The notes: a model not told the origin generated them from the sequence alone. Shown: positions 18,343 to 28,853, counted from the stretch's first letter. The stretch is DNA of 53,764 nt from Candidatus Rokuibacteriota bacterium (GCA_005887895.1 VBPC01000170.1:1-53764); one strand, 5' to 3'. Translations and numbers: made by a program.

Positions 18343-19167
18343 ATGGAGCCGACGATCAGGTGGCCGCAGGGCAAGCGATGCGCGGTGGCGCTCTCGTTCG
18401 ATCTCGACGGCGAGAGCCCGTGGATCCACCGCGACCCCGCGCTGGCCGAGCGGCCGCTGCACATGAGCATGGGGGCCTACGGCCCCAAGACCGGCGCCCC
18501 GCGCATCCTCAAGGTCCTCGACCGCTACGACCTCAAGGTGGCGTGGTTCATCCCGACCTGGATCGTCGAGCGCTATCCCGACGTCTGTCGCGAGATCGTG
18601 CGCCGGGGCCACGAGGTGGGCCACCACGGGCACCTGCACGAGAAGCCCTTCTTCCTGCAGGGCGGCGCCGAGGAGGAGGAAGCGCTGCTGGTGAAGTCGC
18701 TCGACATCTTCAAGAAGGTGCTCGACCTGCGGCCCCGGGGCTCGCGCCTGCCATCGGCGGATCCGTCGAAGCACTCGATGGAGCTGCTGAAGAAGCACGG
18801 CTTCATCTATCACTCGAACCTCATGGACACCGACCTGCCGTACTGCCACAAGACACAGCACGGCGAGCTGGTCGAGCTGCCGACGGCGTGGTGCAACAAC
18901 GACTGGCCGTTCTTCGGCTTCAGCGCGGTGCCGCCGGTCGGCCACGGCATCTGGAGCCAGGAGGACGTGTTCGCGATCTGGAAGGAAGAGTTCGAGGGCG
19001 CCTACGACGAAGGCGGCTTCTTCAACCTGATGGGCCATCCGCAAGTGGTCGGCCGTCCGTCGCGCATGCGCATGGTGTCGCGGCTGATCGAGCACATCCT
19101 CGGCAAGGGCGACGTGTGGATCGCGCGCCCGATCGAGATCGCCGAGCACTACCTGGCCCAGCGATGA
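18343..19167 (+). CDS. polysaccharide deacetylase (CE4/NodB, PuuE/PgdA-like) family protein
   Basis: WPQGKRCAVALSFDLDGE, YGPKTGAPRIL, GHEVGHHGHLHE, MGHPQVVGRPSR. Confidence 0.88.
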   Translation: MEPTIRWPQGKRCAVALSFDLDGESPWIHRDPALAERPLHMSMGAYGPKTGAPRILKVLDRYDLKVAWFIPTWIVERYPDVCREIVRRGHEVGHHGHLHEKPFFLQGGAEEEEALLVKSLDIFKKVLDLRPRGSRLPSADPSKHSMELLKKHGFIYHSNLMDTDLPYCHKTQHGELVELPTAWCNNDWPFFGFSAVPPVGHGIWSQEDVFAIWKEEFEGAYDEGGFFNLMGHPQVVGRPSRMRMVSRLIEHILGKGDVWIARPIEIAEHYLAQR

Positions 19168-19902
19168 GCGCTCGTCACCGGCGGCGGCCGTGGCTTCGGC
19201 CGGGCCATCGTGGAGGCCTTCGCCGACGAGGGCGCCGACGTCGCCGTCAATTACAACGCCAGCGCCGGGCCGGCCGCCGACGTGGTGAAGGCGGTCGAGA
19301 AGCGCGGGCGCCGGGCCCTGGCGGTGCACGCCGACGTGGCCCGCGAGGACCAGGTGCAGGCGATGGTCGACCAGGTGCTCGCGCACTTCGGCCGGCTCGA
19401 CGTCCTGGTGAACAACGCCGGGATCATGACGCGCGGCTCGTTCCTGGCGATCCCCCAGAAGGACTACGAGGCGATGTGGGCGATCAACGTGACCGGCACG
19501 TTCCTCTGCAGCCAGTACGCGCTCGCGCCGATGGTGGCCGCGCGCTATGGCCGCATCGTCAACCTCTCCTCGCAGCTGGCCCGCATGTCGGTCGGCACCG
19601 CCGGCTTCGCGGCCTACGCCGCCACCAAGGGCGCCGTGGAGGCCTTCACGCGCGCGCTGGCCCACGAGGTCGGCCAGCACGGCGTCACCGTCAACGCGAT
19701 CGCGCCCGGCGGCATCGACACCGACATGAGCCGGGCGGTGATGACGCCGGAGTACCGCGAGCGGCGGATCCGCGAGCTGCCCGTGCGCCACCTGGGCGAG
19801 GTCGCCGACGTCGCCTACTGCGCCGTCTTCCTCGCCGCCGAGGCCGGTCACTACCTCACCGGCCAGGTCCTGCAGCCCAACGGCGGCTGGGTGATGGCAT
19901 GA
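19164..19902 (+). CDS. short-chain dehydrogenase/reductase with a damaged or non-canonical start
   Basis: ALVTGGGRGFG begins at 19168, followed by LVNNAG, YAATKG and VNAIAPG. The overlapping ATG at 19164 is out of frame with the body. Confidence 0.8.
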
Positions 19903-21458
19903 AGCGCAAGCGGCGCGGCGTGACGCAGACCCAGATGCGCCGGCTGGTGGTCGCGCTGGCGGGAGTGCTGCTGCTGGTCGTCGTGGGCACCGCGCCGGCG
20001 TCCAAGGACACCCTGATCGTGGGGATGCCGACCGACATCCCGATCTTCGACACCCACAAGGCCACCGGGCTGCACAACGGCGGCATCCTGAACCAGGTCT
20101 CGGAGCCGCTGGTGCGGCTGACGAGCGACGGCAAGGTGGTGCCGTGGCTCGTCGAGTCGTGGGAGCCGTCGAAGGACGGGCGGACGTGGACGCTCCACAC
20201 GCGCAAGAACGTGAAGTTCACCGACGGCACGCCGTTCAACGCCGAGGCGGTGCGCGTCAACCTCGAGCGCTTCCGCAAGCACTCGATCGGCAAGGCAACG
20301 CTGGCGATGGTGAAGACGATGGAGGTCGCCGGCGAGCACGTGCTCAAGATCACGACCGAGGCGCCGTTCGCGCCGTTCATCAACTCGCTCGGCTACCACT
20401 GGATCGTCGTCTACAGCCCCACGCAGATCCAGAAGGTGGGCGACGACAACCTGCACACGGCGCCGGTGGGCACCGGCCCCTTCAAGCTCGTCTACCACAA
20501 GCGCGGGCAGGAGGTGCGCCTGGAAGCCAACGAGCAGTACTGGGGCGGCAAGCCGAAGCTCCGCGCGATCGTGAGCCGGCCCTACCCTGATCAGAGCGCG
20601 CGGATGCTGGCGCTCGAGAGCGGCGACGTCGACCTGATCTTCCACGTGCCGCCCCAGGAGGCGGCGCGCCTGGCCAGGATCCCCACGTTGCACGTCTCGA
20701 CGCCGCCGTCGGCGCGCGTCATCTGGCTCTATCTCAACACGCAGAAGGATCCGTTCAAGGACAAGCGCGTGCGCCAGGCGCTCTACTACGCGATCGACCG
20801 CGAGGCGATCGTGAAGAACATCTTCGCCGGCACCGCCAAGGCGCTGCACTCCCCGGGCCCGGTCGGCAGCAACGGCTACACCGACCAGTACGATCGGTAC
20901 GGCTACAATCCCGACAAGGCCCGCGCCCTGCTCAGGGAGGCGGGCGCGAGCAATCTCGCGTTCTCGGCGCATCACTCGCCAGGGCGCTACCTCCTCTCCG
21001 ACCAGGTGCTGGAGGCGGTACAGGGCTACTTCAAGCAGGTCGGCGTGATCATGAAGGTGGTGGACGTCGAGTTTGGCACGCTGTCGCAGATGGGCGCCCT
21101 GCCCGTCGAGAAGAACGTGCTGCAGGCCACGCTGTTCGGCTGGCGCTCGGTCAACGGCGACATCGACAGCAGCCTCCAGGATTTCGGCTCGGCGTTCTGG
21201 CGGCCGAAGGGCAACAATCTCTCGTTCTGGAAGAACGACGAGTTCGACCGCCTGCTGACCGTCGAGCAGGGCACGCTCGACGCGAAGAAGCGGGTGGAGA
21301 CCCTGCACCGCATGCAGGAGATCCTCATGGACGAGCTGCCCGCGCTGTGGCTCTACGGCGAGCCGCAGATCTGGGCGGCCAAGCGCACGCTCAAGGGCGT
21401 GGAGTGGAACTCGCTCGAGTCCATCCAGTCCCTGCACGCCGCCTACTTCGAGGATTAG
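19899..21458 (+). CDS. peptide/nickel-type ABC substrate-binding protein
   Basis: Signal peptide; VKFTDGTPFNAEAV, PVGTGPFK, PFKDKRVRQAL.YAIDR. The 1032-aa track ORF is over-extended. Confidence 0.92.
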   Translation: MKRKRRGVTQTQMRRLVVALAGVLLLVVVGTAPASKDTLIVGMPTDIPIFDTHKATGLHNGGILNQVSEPLVRLTSDGKVVPWLVESWEPSKDGRTWTLHTRKNVKFTDGTPFNAEAVRVNLERFRKHSIGKATLAMVKTMEVAGEHVLKITTEAPFAPFINSLGYHWIVVYSPTQIQKVGDDNLHTAPVGTGPFKLVYHKRGQEVRLEANEQYWGGKPKLRAIVSRPYPDQSARMLALESGDVDLIFHVPPQEAARLARIPTLHVSTPPSARVIWLYLNTQKDPFKDKRVRQALYYAIDREAIVKNIFAGTAKALHSPGPVGSNGYTDQYDRYGYNPDKARALLREAGASNLAFSAHHSPGRYLLSDQVLEAVQGYFKQVGVIMKVVDVEFGTLSQMGALPVEKNVLQATLFGWRSVNGDIDSSLQDFGSAFWRPKGNNLSFWKNDEFDRLLTVEQGTLDAKKRVETLHRMQEILMDELPALWLYGEPQIWAAKRTLKGVEWNSLESIQSLHAAYFED

Positions 21459-21461
21459 CGG

Positions 21462-22382
21462 CTGGCGCGGCTGATCCTCAGCCGGCTGGCGACCGGCGTC
21501 CCCACGCTCCTCGCCGTGAGCCTGCTCGTCTTCGCGATCGTTCGGCTGATTCCCGGGGATCCGGCCCGGTTGCTGGCCGGGGACTTCGCCACCGACCAGC
21601 TCGTCGACGAGCTGCGCCAGCGCTGGCGGTTGAACGATCCCCTGCCCGTGCAGTACGCGGTCTACATCGGCGGCGTGCTGCGCGGCGACTTCGGCCGCTC
21701 GATCACGACGTCGACGCCGGTGCGCCCGGAGCTGGTCGAGCGCTTCCTGCGCACGCTGGAGCTCGCCGTCGCCGGCATCGTCCTCGCCGCGGTGATCGGC
21801 GGCGCCGCCGGCATCGTGAGCGCGGTGCGCCGCGCGTCGCTCACCGACTACGTCGCCACCGCGCTCGCGCTGACCGGCATCAGCACGCCGATCTTCTGGT
21901 CCGGGCTGCTGCTGATCCTGCTCTTCTCGGTGCGGCTCGAGTGGCTGCCGGCCGGCGGCACCGGCTCGCTGCGGCATCTGGTGCTGCCGGCGCTGAGCCT
22001 GGGGCTGTTCGGGGCCGGCGTGCTGGCCCGGCAGACGCGCTCGGGCATGCTGGAAGTGCTCGGCCAGGACTTCGTGCGGACGGCGCGCGCCAAGGGGCTC
22101 CCGGAGCGCAGCGTCGTGGTGAAGCACGCGCTCAAGAACGCGCTGATCCCGGTCGTCACCGTGCTGGGCGATCAGTTCGGGCGCCTGCTCGGCGGCGCGA
22201 TCCTCACCGAGACGGTGTTCGCGTGGCCGGGGATGGGCCGCTACCTGATCGAGGCGATCTCCCAGCGCGATTACCCCGCCGTGCAGGGTGCGATGCTCGT
22301 CTTCGCCGCCGCCGTCGTCGCCGTCAACCTGCTGGTCGATCTCTCCTACGGGCTGCTCGACCCGCGCGTGCGCGCCGAGTGA
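21462..22382 (+). CDS. ABC permease (DppB/OppB-like)
   Basis: IPGDPA, GDFGRS, DFVRTARAKGL, ETVFAWPG.GR, LDPRVR; probable CTG start at 21462. Confidence 0.9.
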   Translation: MARLILSRLATGVPTLLAVSLLVFAIVRLIPGDPARLLAGDFATDQLVDELRQRWRLNDPLPVQYAVYIGGVLRGDFGRSITTSTPVRPELVERFLRTLELAVAGIVLAAVIGGAAGIVSAVRRASLTDYVATALALTGISTPIFWSGLLLILLFSVRLEWLPAGGTGSLRHLVLPALSLGLFGAGVLARQTRSGMLEVLGQDFVRTARAKGLPERSVVVKHALKNALIPVVTVLGDQFGRLLGGAILTETVFAWPGMGRYLIEAISQRDYPAVQGAMLVFAAAVVAVNLLVDLSYGLLDPRVRAE

Positions 22383-23196
22383 TGGCCACGCTCCGCCGGC
22401 TGGCCCGTCACCGCGGCGCCTGCATCGGCGCCGCGGTCGCGCTGGTCTTCGCCCTGGTGGCGGTGCTGGCGCCGTGGCTGGCGCCCTACGATCCCGAAGC
22501 GATCGCGCTGGCCGCCAATCTGCAGGGGCCGTCGGGCGGCCACCCGTTCGGCACCGACAGTCTCGGCCGCGACGTCCTCTCGCGCACGATCTGGGGCGCC
22601 CGCATCTCGCTGACGATCGGCTTCGTGTCGGTGGCGCTGGCCGTGCTGGGCGGCGTGCCGCTGGGCGCGCTGGCGGCCTGGCGCGGTGGCTGGGCGGACC
22701 GGGCGATCATGCGCGGGGTGGACGTGCTGCTCTCGTTCCCGACGATCCTCCTCGCGATCGTCGTCATCACCATCTTCGGCCCCGGACTCGGCCACGCGAT
22801 GCTGGCGATCGGCGTCGCCCAGGTGCCGCTCTACGCGCGCCTCACCCGCGCCGCCGTGCTGCGCGTGAAGACCCTGAGCTTCGTGGAAGCGGCGCGCGCT
22901 GGGGGCTGCGGCGAGTGGCGGCTGCTCGTGCGCCACGTCCTGCCCAACTGCCTGCCGCCGCTGCTGGTGCAGTCGACGCTGCTCTTCGCCACGGCGATTC
23001 TCTCGGCGGCCTACCTCGGCTTCCTCGGCCTCGGCGCCCAGCCGCCGACACCCGAGTGGGGCACGATGCTCGCGAAGGCGCGCGACTTCCTGCGCACCGC
23101 CCCGCACGTCTCGATCTTCCCCGGCGTGACGACATGCTGACCGTCCTCGGCCTCAACCTGCTCGGCGACGGCCTCCGCGACGTGCTCGAGCCTTAA
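22382..23196 (+). pseudogene. ABC permease (DppC/OppC-like) with a 1-nt frameshift near 23133
   Basis: HPFGTDSLGRD, FVEAARA.G, RHVLPN, PPTPEWG; the terminal LTVLGLNLLGDGLRDVLEP is in a different frame. Confidence 0.8.
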
Positions 23197-23199
23197 GTA

Positions 23200-23269
23200 C
23201 ATGGGGGCCCCGACATGGCCCCAAACCCCCCGACGTTCGGAGCGCCCCGGCAAAGCCGTGGCGCTCCTC
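23200..23269 (+). repeat. two-hairpin REP-like repeat, family A
   Basis: CATGGGGGCCCCGACATGGCCCCAAACCCCCCGACGTTCGGAGCGCCCCGGCAAAGCCGTGGCGCTCC, between convergent genes. Confidence 0.85.
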
Positions 23270-23287
23270 TGCACTCCGCGAGATGCC

Positions 23288-24466
23288 TCAGCGCGCGCCC
23301 AGCGCCGCCCGGACGACGGCGCCGACGACGGCGCCGGCGGCCATGAGCGGCAGCGGGCCGACGCCGCGCGCGACCATGGCGAGGACCGTCGCCACTACCA
23401 GCCCGCCGGTGAGCACGTCGGGCGCCGCGTGCGGCAGCATCTGCGCGAGCGCGACGGTCGTCATGCCGATGACCGCCGGCGCGAGGCCCTTGAGCGCGGC
23501 GCTCATCCAGCGAACGCGTCGGATCCGGTCGAAGAAGGGCACGAACGCGAGCACCAGCACGAAGGACGGCAGGAAGATCGCCACGGCGCTGACGACGGCT
23601 CCCGCCAGACCCGCCACGCGATAGCCCACGAAGGCCGCCAGCGTGATGATGGGGCCGGGCGTGAGCTGGCCCAGCGCGAGCCCGTCGAGGAACTCCTGCG
23701 CCGTCAGCCAGCGGAACTGGCGGACCACCTGATCCTCGACGAACGCCAGGATCGGCAGCCCGCCACCGAACGTGAACGCGCCGACCTTCAGGAAGAACCC
23801 GCCGAGCCGCCACAGCGACGGGGAGGTCACGGCGTCGGCCGGCGCCTGGAGGGCCGCCGGCATCGCGCCGCCGGATACCGTCACGAGTCGGAGGCCCACG
23901 GCGGCGACGCCGACGAGGGCCGCGGCCACGACGCCCCAGGTCCGGGACGCGTACACGGCCACGCCGGCGGCACCGGCGAGGAGCATGGTCGGCACGATGC
24001 CGAGCGGCGTCAGTCCGATCATCAGCGCGCTCGCCACGGCGACGACGACCTGGGGCGCGTCCTTGATGGCCGAGCGTCCGAGCCGGTACACCGCGACGGC
24101 GAAGATGCCGATGACGACCGGGCTCAGGCCATAGAAGATCCCGCGCAGCGCCGGCAGCGTGCCGTACCGCGTGTAGATCACCGTCAGCGCCAGCATGATC
24201 ACGAAGCCCGGCACGATGAAGCCGAGGCCGCCCAGCACGCCGCCCAGCCAGCCGGCCCGCGCGTAGCCGAGCACGATGCTGAGCTGGGCGGCCAGCGGGC
24301 CCGGCAGGAAGTTCACCAGCGCCAGGCCCTCGACGAAGCGCTCGCGCGAGACCCACTGGCGCTTGCGCTCGATCTCCGCCTGCATGACGCCCATCATGGC
24401 CGGGCCCCCGTAGCTGATCGCGCCGAGCGTCAGGAACACCCGCGCGACCTCCCAGGCGCGACTCAC
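23288..24466 (-). CDS. chrA: chromate efflux transporter (long-chain CHR)
   Basis: Two CHR repeats: FL.LG..SYGG...PGP and FLKVGAFTFGGG...QLTPGP; GTG start overlaps the upstream stop. Confidence 0.9.
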   Translation of the reverse strand: MSRAWEVARVFLTLGAISYGGPAMMGVMQAEIERKRQWVSRERFVEGLALVNFLPGPLAAQLSIVLGYARAGWLGGVLGGLGFIVPGFVIMLALTVIYTRYGTLPALRGIFYGLSPVVIGIFAVAVYRLGRSAIKDAPQVVVAVASALMIGLTPLGIVPTMLLAGAAGVAVYASRTWGVVAAALVGVAAVGLRLVTVSGGAMPAALQAPADAVTSPSLWRLGGFFLKVGAFTFGGGLPILAFVEDQVVRQFRWLTAQEFLDGLALGQLTPGPIITLAAFVGYRVAGLAGAVVSAVAIFLPSFVLVLAFVPFFDRIRRVRWMSAALKGLAPAVIGMTTVALAQMLPHAAPDVLTGGLVVATVLAMVARGVGPLPLMAAGAVVGAVVRAALGAR

Positions 24467-25080
24467 GTCCCGGAGGCCTCGAGATCCGCGAACTCGGTGA
24501 CCGAGTCCGCCTTGGTCCACAGCCCCAGCCATCCGCGCGTGAAGGTGGTGTCCTGGTGATCGAGGAGCGGCGCGCCGTCCAGCCAGGCCTGGATGCGCGG
24601 CCCCGTCGCCACGACCCGCAGGGTGTGCCAGTCGCCGAGCTTCGGCTCGACGACCTTCGCGGAGGCGAGCGTGCGCCGCGTGCCGTTGACGATCGAGTAG
24701 AGCCGGAAGTTGTTCTCGAGCGCGTTGGCACGAACGAGCAGATAGTTCTGGCCGTCGCGGGCACGCAGGATGATGCCGCCGCTCGCGTCCTCCTTGCCCG
24801 AGATCGGCCGGAACCGGACGCTGACGTCCACGTCGGCAAAGGCCTGGTCCTCCAGCAGCGCGACCGCCCACGGCTGCGTCTCCACCGTCTGGGCCAGCAC
24901 CGGACGGCCGGACGAGGTCCGCCGAACCCAGCGTCCGGTGACGAACTTCCACTTCGGATTGTCCTTGGCGAACTCGTCCTTCACGGTGACCTTCCCCTCG
25001 GCGGCGGCGCCGCTCAGGATGACGGGGACGAGCGCGAGCAGCGCGATCATGCGGGCGGCCGGTGTCAACCAGATCTTCAT
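24463..25080 (-). CDS. exported DUF1080/concanavalin-like domain protein
   Basis: Signal peptide; SG..DASGG...RA.D..NY...RANALENN, WHTLRV, G..GLWTKADSVT.F.DL. Confidence 0.75.
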   Translation of the reverse strand: MKIWLTPAARMIALLALVPVILSGAAAEGKVTVKDEFAKDNPKWKFVTGRWVRRTSSGRPVLAQTVETQPWAVALLEDQAFADVDVSVRFRPISGKEDASGGIILRARDGQNYLLVRANALENNFRLYSIVNGTRRTLASAKVVEPKLGDWHTLRVVATGPRIQAWLDGAPLLDHQDTTFTRGWLGLWTKADSVTEFADLEASGT

Positions 25081-25159
25081 GTGCGTCCTCCTCGAACGCG
25101 CTCACCGCACGGTACCCCGGATTCGCCGCGGCGGCCTGCTGGCGTTACCTCCGACGTAA

Positions 25160-25188
25160 TTGACGCCGGGCCCCCGGTACCGCACCAT
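25160..25188 (+). promoter_or_regulatory. sigma70-like promoter (TTGACG-17nt-CACCAT), leaderless-type spacing
   Basis: The -10 ends 6 nt before ATG 25195. Confidence 0.55.
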
Positions 25189-25194
25189 GCCGGC

Positions 25195-26169
25195 ATGCTC
25201 ACCGTCGCCTTCGCCGGCGCCTTCGCCGCGCGCCTCGAGGAGCCGGTCCGGTCCTGCCTCGACGTGGCCTGCGACGTGATCGTCGCCGACGAGGCCGGCA
25301 TCGTCGCGAAGCTGGCCGACGTCGACGCCCTGGTGACGATGACGTTCACGCGGGAGATGGCGGCCGCCGCCCGGCGGCTGAAGCTCGTCCAGGTGCCCGG
25401 CGCCGGCCTGGATCGGATCGACCGCGCCGCGCTGCCCGGCGGGGCCGCGCTGGCGAACGTCTACGGGCACGAGACGGGCATCGCCGAGTACGTGCTGGGG
25501 GCGATGCTGTCCCTCACGCGGCAGTTCGGCCGGCTCGACGCCGCGCTGCGACGCGGAACGTGGGAGAGCCAGTGGGCGATCGGCGGCACGCCGCCGCCGC
25601 CGTGGCCGGAGCTGGCCGGCAAGACGCTGGCCATCCTCGGCTACGGCCATATCGGTCGCTGTCTCGCCCGGCGCGCGACGGCCTTCGACATGACCGTGCT
25701 GGCAATCCGTCGCGACACCAGCCAGCCCGACGCGCACGCGAGTATCCGGGGGCCGGCCGCCCTCGGCGAGGTGCTGGCGGCCGCCGACCACGTCGCGCTC
25801 ACGCTTCCGCTCACGGACGAGACGCGCGGGCTCGTGGGCGAGCGTGCGCTCCGAGCAATGAAGCCGACGGCCATGCTCGTCAACGTGGCGCGCGCGGAGA
25901 TCGTCGACGAGGACGCGCTCTACCAGGCGCTGGCCGAGCGCCGCCTGGCCGGCGCCGCGCTCGACGTCTGGTATCGGTACCCGACGGCGGCCGGACCGAC
26001 CTTTCCCGCGCGCCGTCCGTTCCACGAGCTGCCGAACGTCCTCATGACGCCGCACGTCTCCGGCTGGACGGACGGCATGCTGCACGCGCGCGCGAAGCTC
26101 ATCGCCGACAACATCCACCGGATCGCCCGCGGAGAGTCCCCGGTGAATCGGATTCCACCGGTCGGTTGA
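25195..26169 (+). CDS. D-2-hydroxyacid dehydrogenase
   Basis: GAGLD, IAEYV, LGYGHIG, NVARA, ALDVW, TPHVSG. Confidence 0.92.
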   Translation: MLTVAFAGAFAARLEEPVRSCLDVACDVIVADEAGIVAKLADVDALVTMTFTREMAAAARRLKLVQVPGAGLDRIDRAALPGGAALANVYGHETGIAEYVLGAMLSLTRQFGRLDAALRRGTWESQWAIGGTPPPPWPELAGKTLAILGYGHIGRCLARRATAFDMTVLAIRRDTSQPDAHASIRGPAALGEVLAAADHVALTLPLTDETRGLVGERALRAMKPTAMLVNVARAEIVDEDALYQALAERRLAGAALDVWYRYPTAAGPTFPARRPFHELPNVLMTPHVSGWTDGMLHARAKLIADNIHRIARGESPVNRIPPVG

Positions 26170-27470
26170 CACCCCGCCTGCCTTTCTTCTACGGCTGGGT
26201 CATCGTCGCCGTCGCGTTCGTCACGATGGCGCTCGGGGTCAACGCCCGCACCGCGTTCTCGCTCCTGTTCCCGCCGATCCTCGACGAGTTCGGCTGGGAG
26301 CGCGGCGTCACCGCCGGCGCGTTCTCGTTCGGGTTCCTCGTCTCCGCCGTGCTGAGCCCCTCGCTCGGCCGCCTCATGGATCGCCGCGGCCCGCGCTTCG
26401 TCATGGAGATGGGCGTCGTCCTCATGGCGGCCGGCCTCCTGCTGGCGCCGCTCGTGAGCCGGCCGTGGCACCTCTACGCCACGCTGGGCGTCCTCGTCGG
26501 CGGCGGCAGCGTCTGCGTCTCGTACACGGGCCAGGCGCTCTACCTGCCGAACTGGTTCGTGCGGCGCCGCGGACTGGCGATGAGCGTCGCCTTCTCCGGC
26601 GTCGGCGTGGGCTCGATCCTCCTGCTGCCGTGGCTGCAGACTCTCATCGGGCGCTCCGGCTGGCGCAGTGCCTGCTGGGCCATGGCCGTGCTGGTGCTCG
26701 TGCTGCTGGTGCCGCTCAACCTCCTCCTGGCGCGGCGGCCCGAAGATCTCGGGCTCGAGCCGGACGGCGATCGTTCGTCGCACGACGCGGCCGCCGCCAA
26801 GCGCGCGGCCAACGTGGTCGATCCCGCCTGGGCGGCGATCGACTGGACGCTGGCGCGCGCCCTGCGCACGGCGCGGTTCTGGTGGATCGCCGTCGGCTTC
26901 CTGTCCGGTCTGTACGCCTGGTACGCCGTCCAGGTGCACCAGACGAAATATCTCGTCGAGATCGGCTTCAGCGCGAGCCACGCGGCCTGGGCGCTGGGCT
27001 TCGTCAGCCTGGCCGGCATCCCCGGCCAGATCGCGCTCGGCCATCTCTCCGATCGGATCGGCCGCGAGTGGGTGTGGGCGGTCGGCAACCTCGGCTTCGT
27101 CGTCTGCTACCTGGCGCTGCTCGCCCTGGGCCAGGCGCCGACGCCGCCGCTGCTGTGGGTCATGGTCGTCTCGCAGGGCATGCTGGGTTACGGCCTGACG
27201 TCGGTGATCGGCGCGATCCCGGCCGAGATCTTCGAGGGCCGGCATTACGGCTCGATCTTCGGCATGCTGATGCTGGCGGCGATCGGCGGCGGCGCGGCCG
27301 GTCCATTCGTGACGGGCGCGCTGCACGACGTCACCGGCAGCTACACGCTGGCCTGGTGGCTCGCCATCGGCTGCAGCGTGCTCTCGGGCGTGGCGATCTG
27401 GCTGGCGGCGCCGCGACGCGTGCGCGTGGTCGCCGGCCGCGTGCGGGCGGCGTCTTCGCCGGGTTGCTAG
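26166..27470 (+). CDS. MFS transporter
   Basis: FFYGWVIV, GRLMDRRGPR, NWF.RRRGLA, G.LSDRIGR; about 12 TM segments; TTG start overlaps the upstream TGA. Confidence 0.9.
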   Translation: MTPRLPFFYGWVIVAVAFVTMALGVNARTAFSLLFPPILDEFGWERGVTAGAFSFGFLVSAVLSPSLGRLMDRRGPRFVMEMGVVLMAAGLLLAPLVSRPWHLYATLGVLVGGGSVCVSYTGQALYLPNWFVRRRGLAMSVAFSGVGVGSILLLPWLQTLIGRSGWRSACWAMAVLVLVLLVPLNLLLARRPEDLGLEPDGDRSSHDAAAAKRAANVVDPAWAAIDWTLARALRTARFWWIAVGFLSGLYAWYAVQVHQTKYLVEIGFSASHAAWALGFVSLAGIPGQIALGHLSDRIGREWVWAVGNLGFVVCYLALLALGQAPTPPLLWVMVVSQGMLGYGLTSVIGAIPAEIFEGRHYGSIFGMLMLAAIGGGAAGPFVTGALHDVTGSYTLAWWLAIGCSVLSGVAIWLAAPRRVRVVAGRVRAASSPGC

Positions 27471-28853
27471 CGCGAGGTCGGGGGTGGTGGCGCGACGGGG
27501 CGGCGGGGGACGAGGGGGATGTCGCGAATGCTGGTCAGGTCGATCGGGGGCATGTCGAGGCTGAGCGCGCCGAGCACGCCGTTGGCGAGCTCGTTGTAGC
27601 GGTCGAAGTAGCGGCGCAGCCGCCCGCGCCACGTGGCGAGACCGCCGTTGGCGTGCAGCTCGAAGGCGGACTCGCGGGCGTCGAGCGCCGAGGCGACGTG
27701 GTCGGACGCCAGCTGCAGGAGCGCCGCGCGCTGCAGCGCCGTGTAGCCGCCGCCGCCGAACGACTCGGCCAGTCCCGCCCCGACCTCGGGCGACGCCAGG
27801 TCGGTATCCGACGGGGCGACCACCAGCGATGAGCCGGGCAGGATCCTCAAGATCTCGGCCATCCGCTGGCGCGCCTTCTGGAGCGCGATGCTGCCGGCCG
27901 CCACGTGGATGCGCGCCGGGATGGCGAGGCCGTCGGGCGTGCGCTCGGGATCGAGCTCGGCTGCGGTCTGGCACGTGCGCACCGTCTGGACGTCGGCGAT
28001 CAGGTCGACGAGGTACTCGATGGTCGGCTCGTGCTCCCGCAGGCCCATCGCGTGCGTGCAGGCCAGCGCCAGGCCCAGCGTGAACTCGGCCTTCGCGAGC
28101 CAGCAGTAGAGCTGGTGCCAGAAGCACCAGGAGGCGATCGGCTCCGGCGAGGGCTCGGTGAAGAACACGCGCTCCCAGGGCACGAAGACGTCGTCGAGCC
28201 ACATCTGGCCGTCCAGCTCGTCGAACCGGCTGCTCAGCGGGGCCAGGAACGCATTGGCATGCCGGGCGGCCGGCTTGCGGCACACGAGGGCGACGCCGGG
28301 GGCGCTCACGGGCACGACGAAGGTGGCGCGGTGCGGCCCCACGTCGATGCCGTTGTGACCGCCGACGTACACGTCCTCCGCGTAGGCCGGGCTGGTGTGC
28401 ATGCCGATCTTGCCGGCCACGATGAGGCCGGCGTCGGTCTCGCGCACGAGGCGCAGCGCCAGGCGCTCGGCCGGGTTCTCGCGCAGGCGCGCACCGATCG
28501 TGGCGGCGCCGGCCGAGAAGGTCAGGAAGCGGCCGGTGGCGACCAGGTGCTCGCGGTACCCCGTGGCGTGCCGGAGCTGCTCCGGCGCGACGTCGCGCTG
28601 GCGAACGGCGTCGCGGACGCCGAGCGCGATCAGGTTGCCGTAGGCCGGCGTGTGCGTGATGTTGCCGGCGCTCAGGAAGCTGGTGGCGGCGTAGCAGCGA
28701 CCCATGCCACGCAGGTCGTCGGTGCGCGTCGGCGCCCCGAACGATCGCGCGGGTGGAGGGATGGACGGTGACGTCGTCGACCGCGCCCTCGCCGACGATC
28801 CACACGCGACGCCCGTCACGGAGGCTGTCGCGGTACTCCTTGCCCGTCCTCAT
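27467..28853 (-). pseudogene. 4-hydroxyphenylacetate 3-monooxygenase (HpaB/PvcC) family gene with an internal deletion/frameshift near 28740
   Basis: MRTGKEYRDSLRDGRRVW...DVTVHP in one frame; the body with PLSSRFDELD and DDVFVPWERVF is in another. Confidence 0.8.

Noticed and set aside
19165-19167. Selenocysteine UGA joining the deacetylase and SDR
   Set aside because: The UGA falls at the natural end of the deacetylase rather than at a Cys-equivalent position, and no convincing SECIS was identified.
18360-21458. 1032-aa ORF as one giant protein
   Set aside because: The first half is an off-frame shadow of the deacetylase and SDR genes; the real binding protein starts near 19899.
25920-28853. 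977-aa minus-strand ORF
   Set aside because: Only the first 38 or so residues are HpaB-like; the rest is off-frame, Arg/Ala-rich text typical of high-GC DNA.
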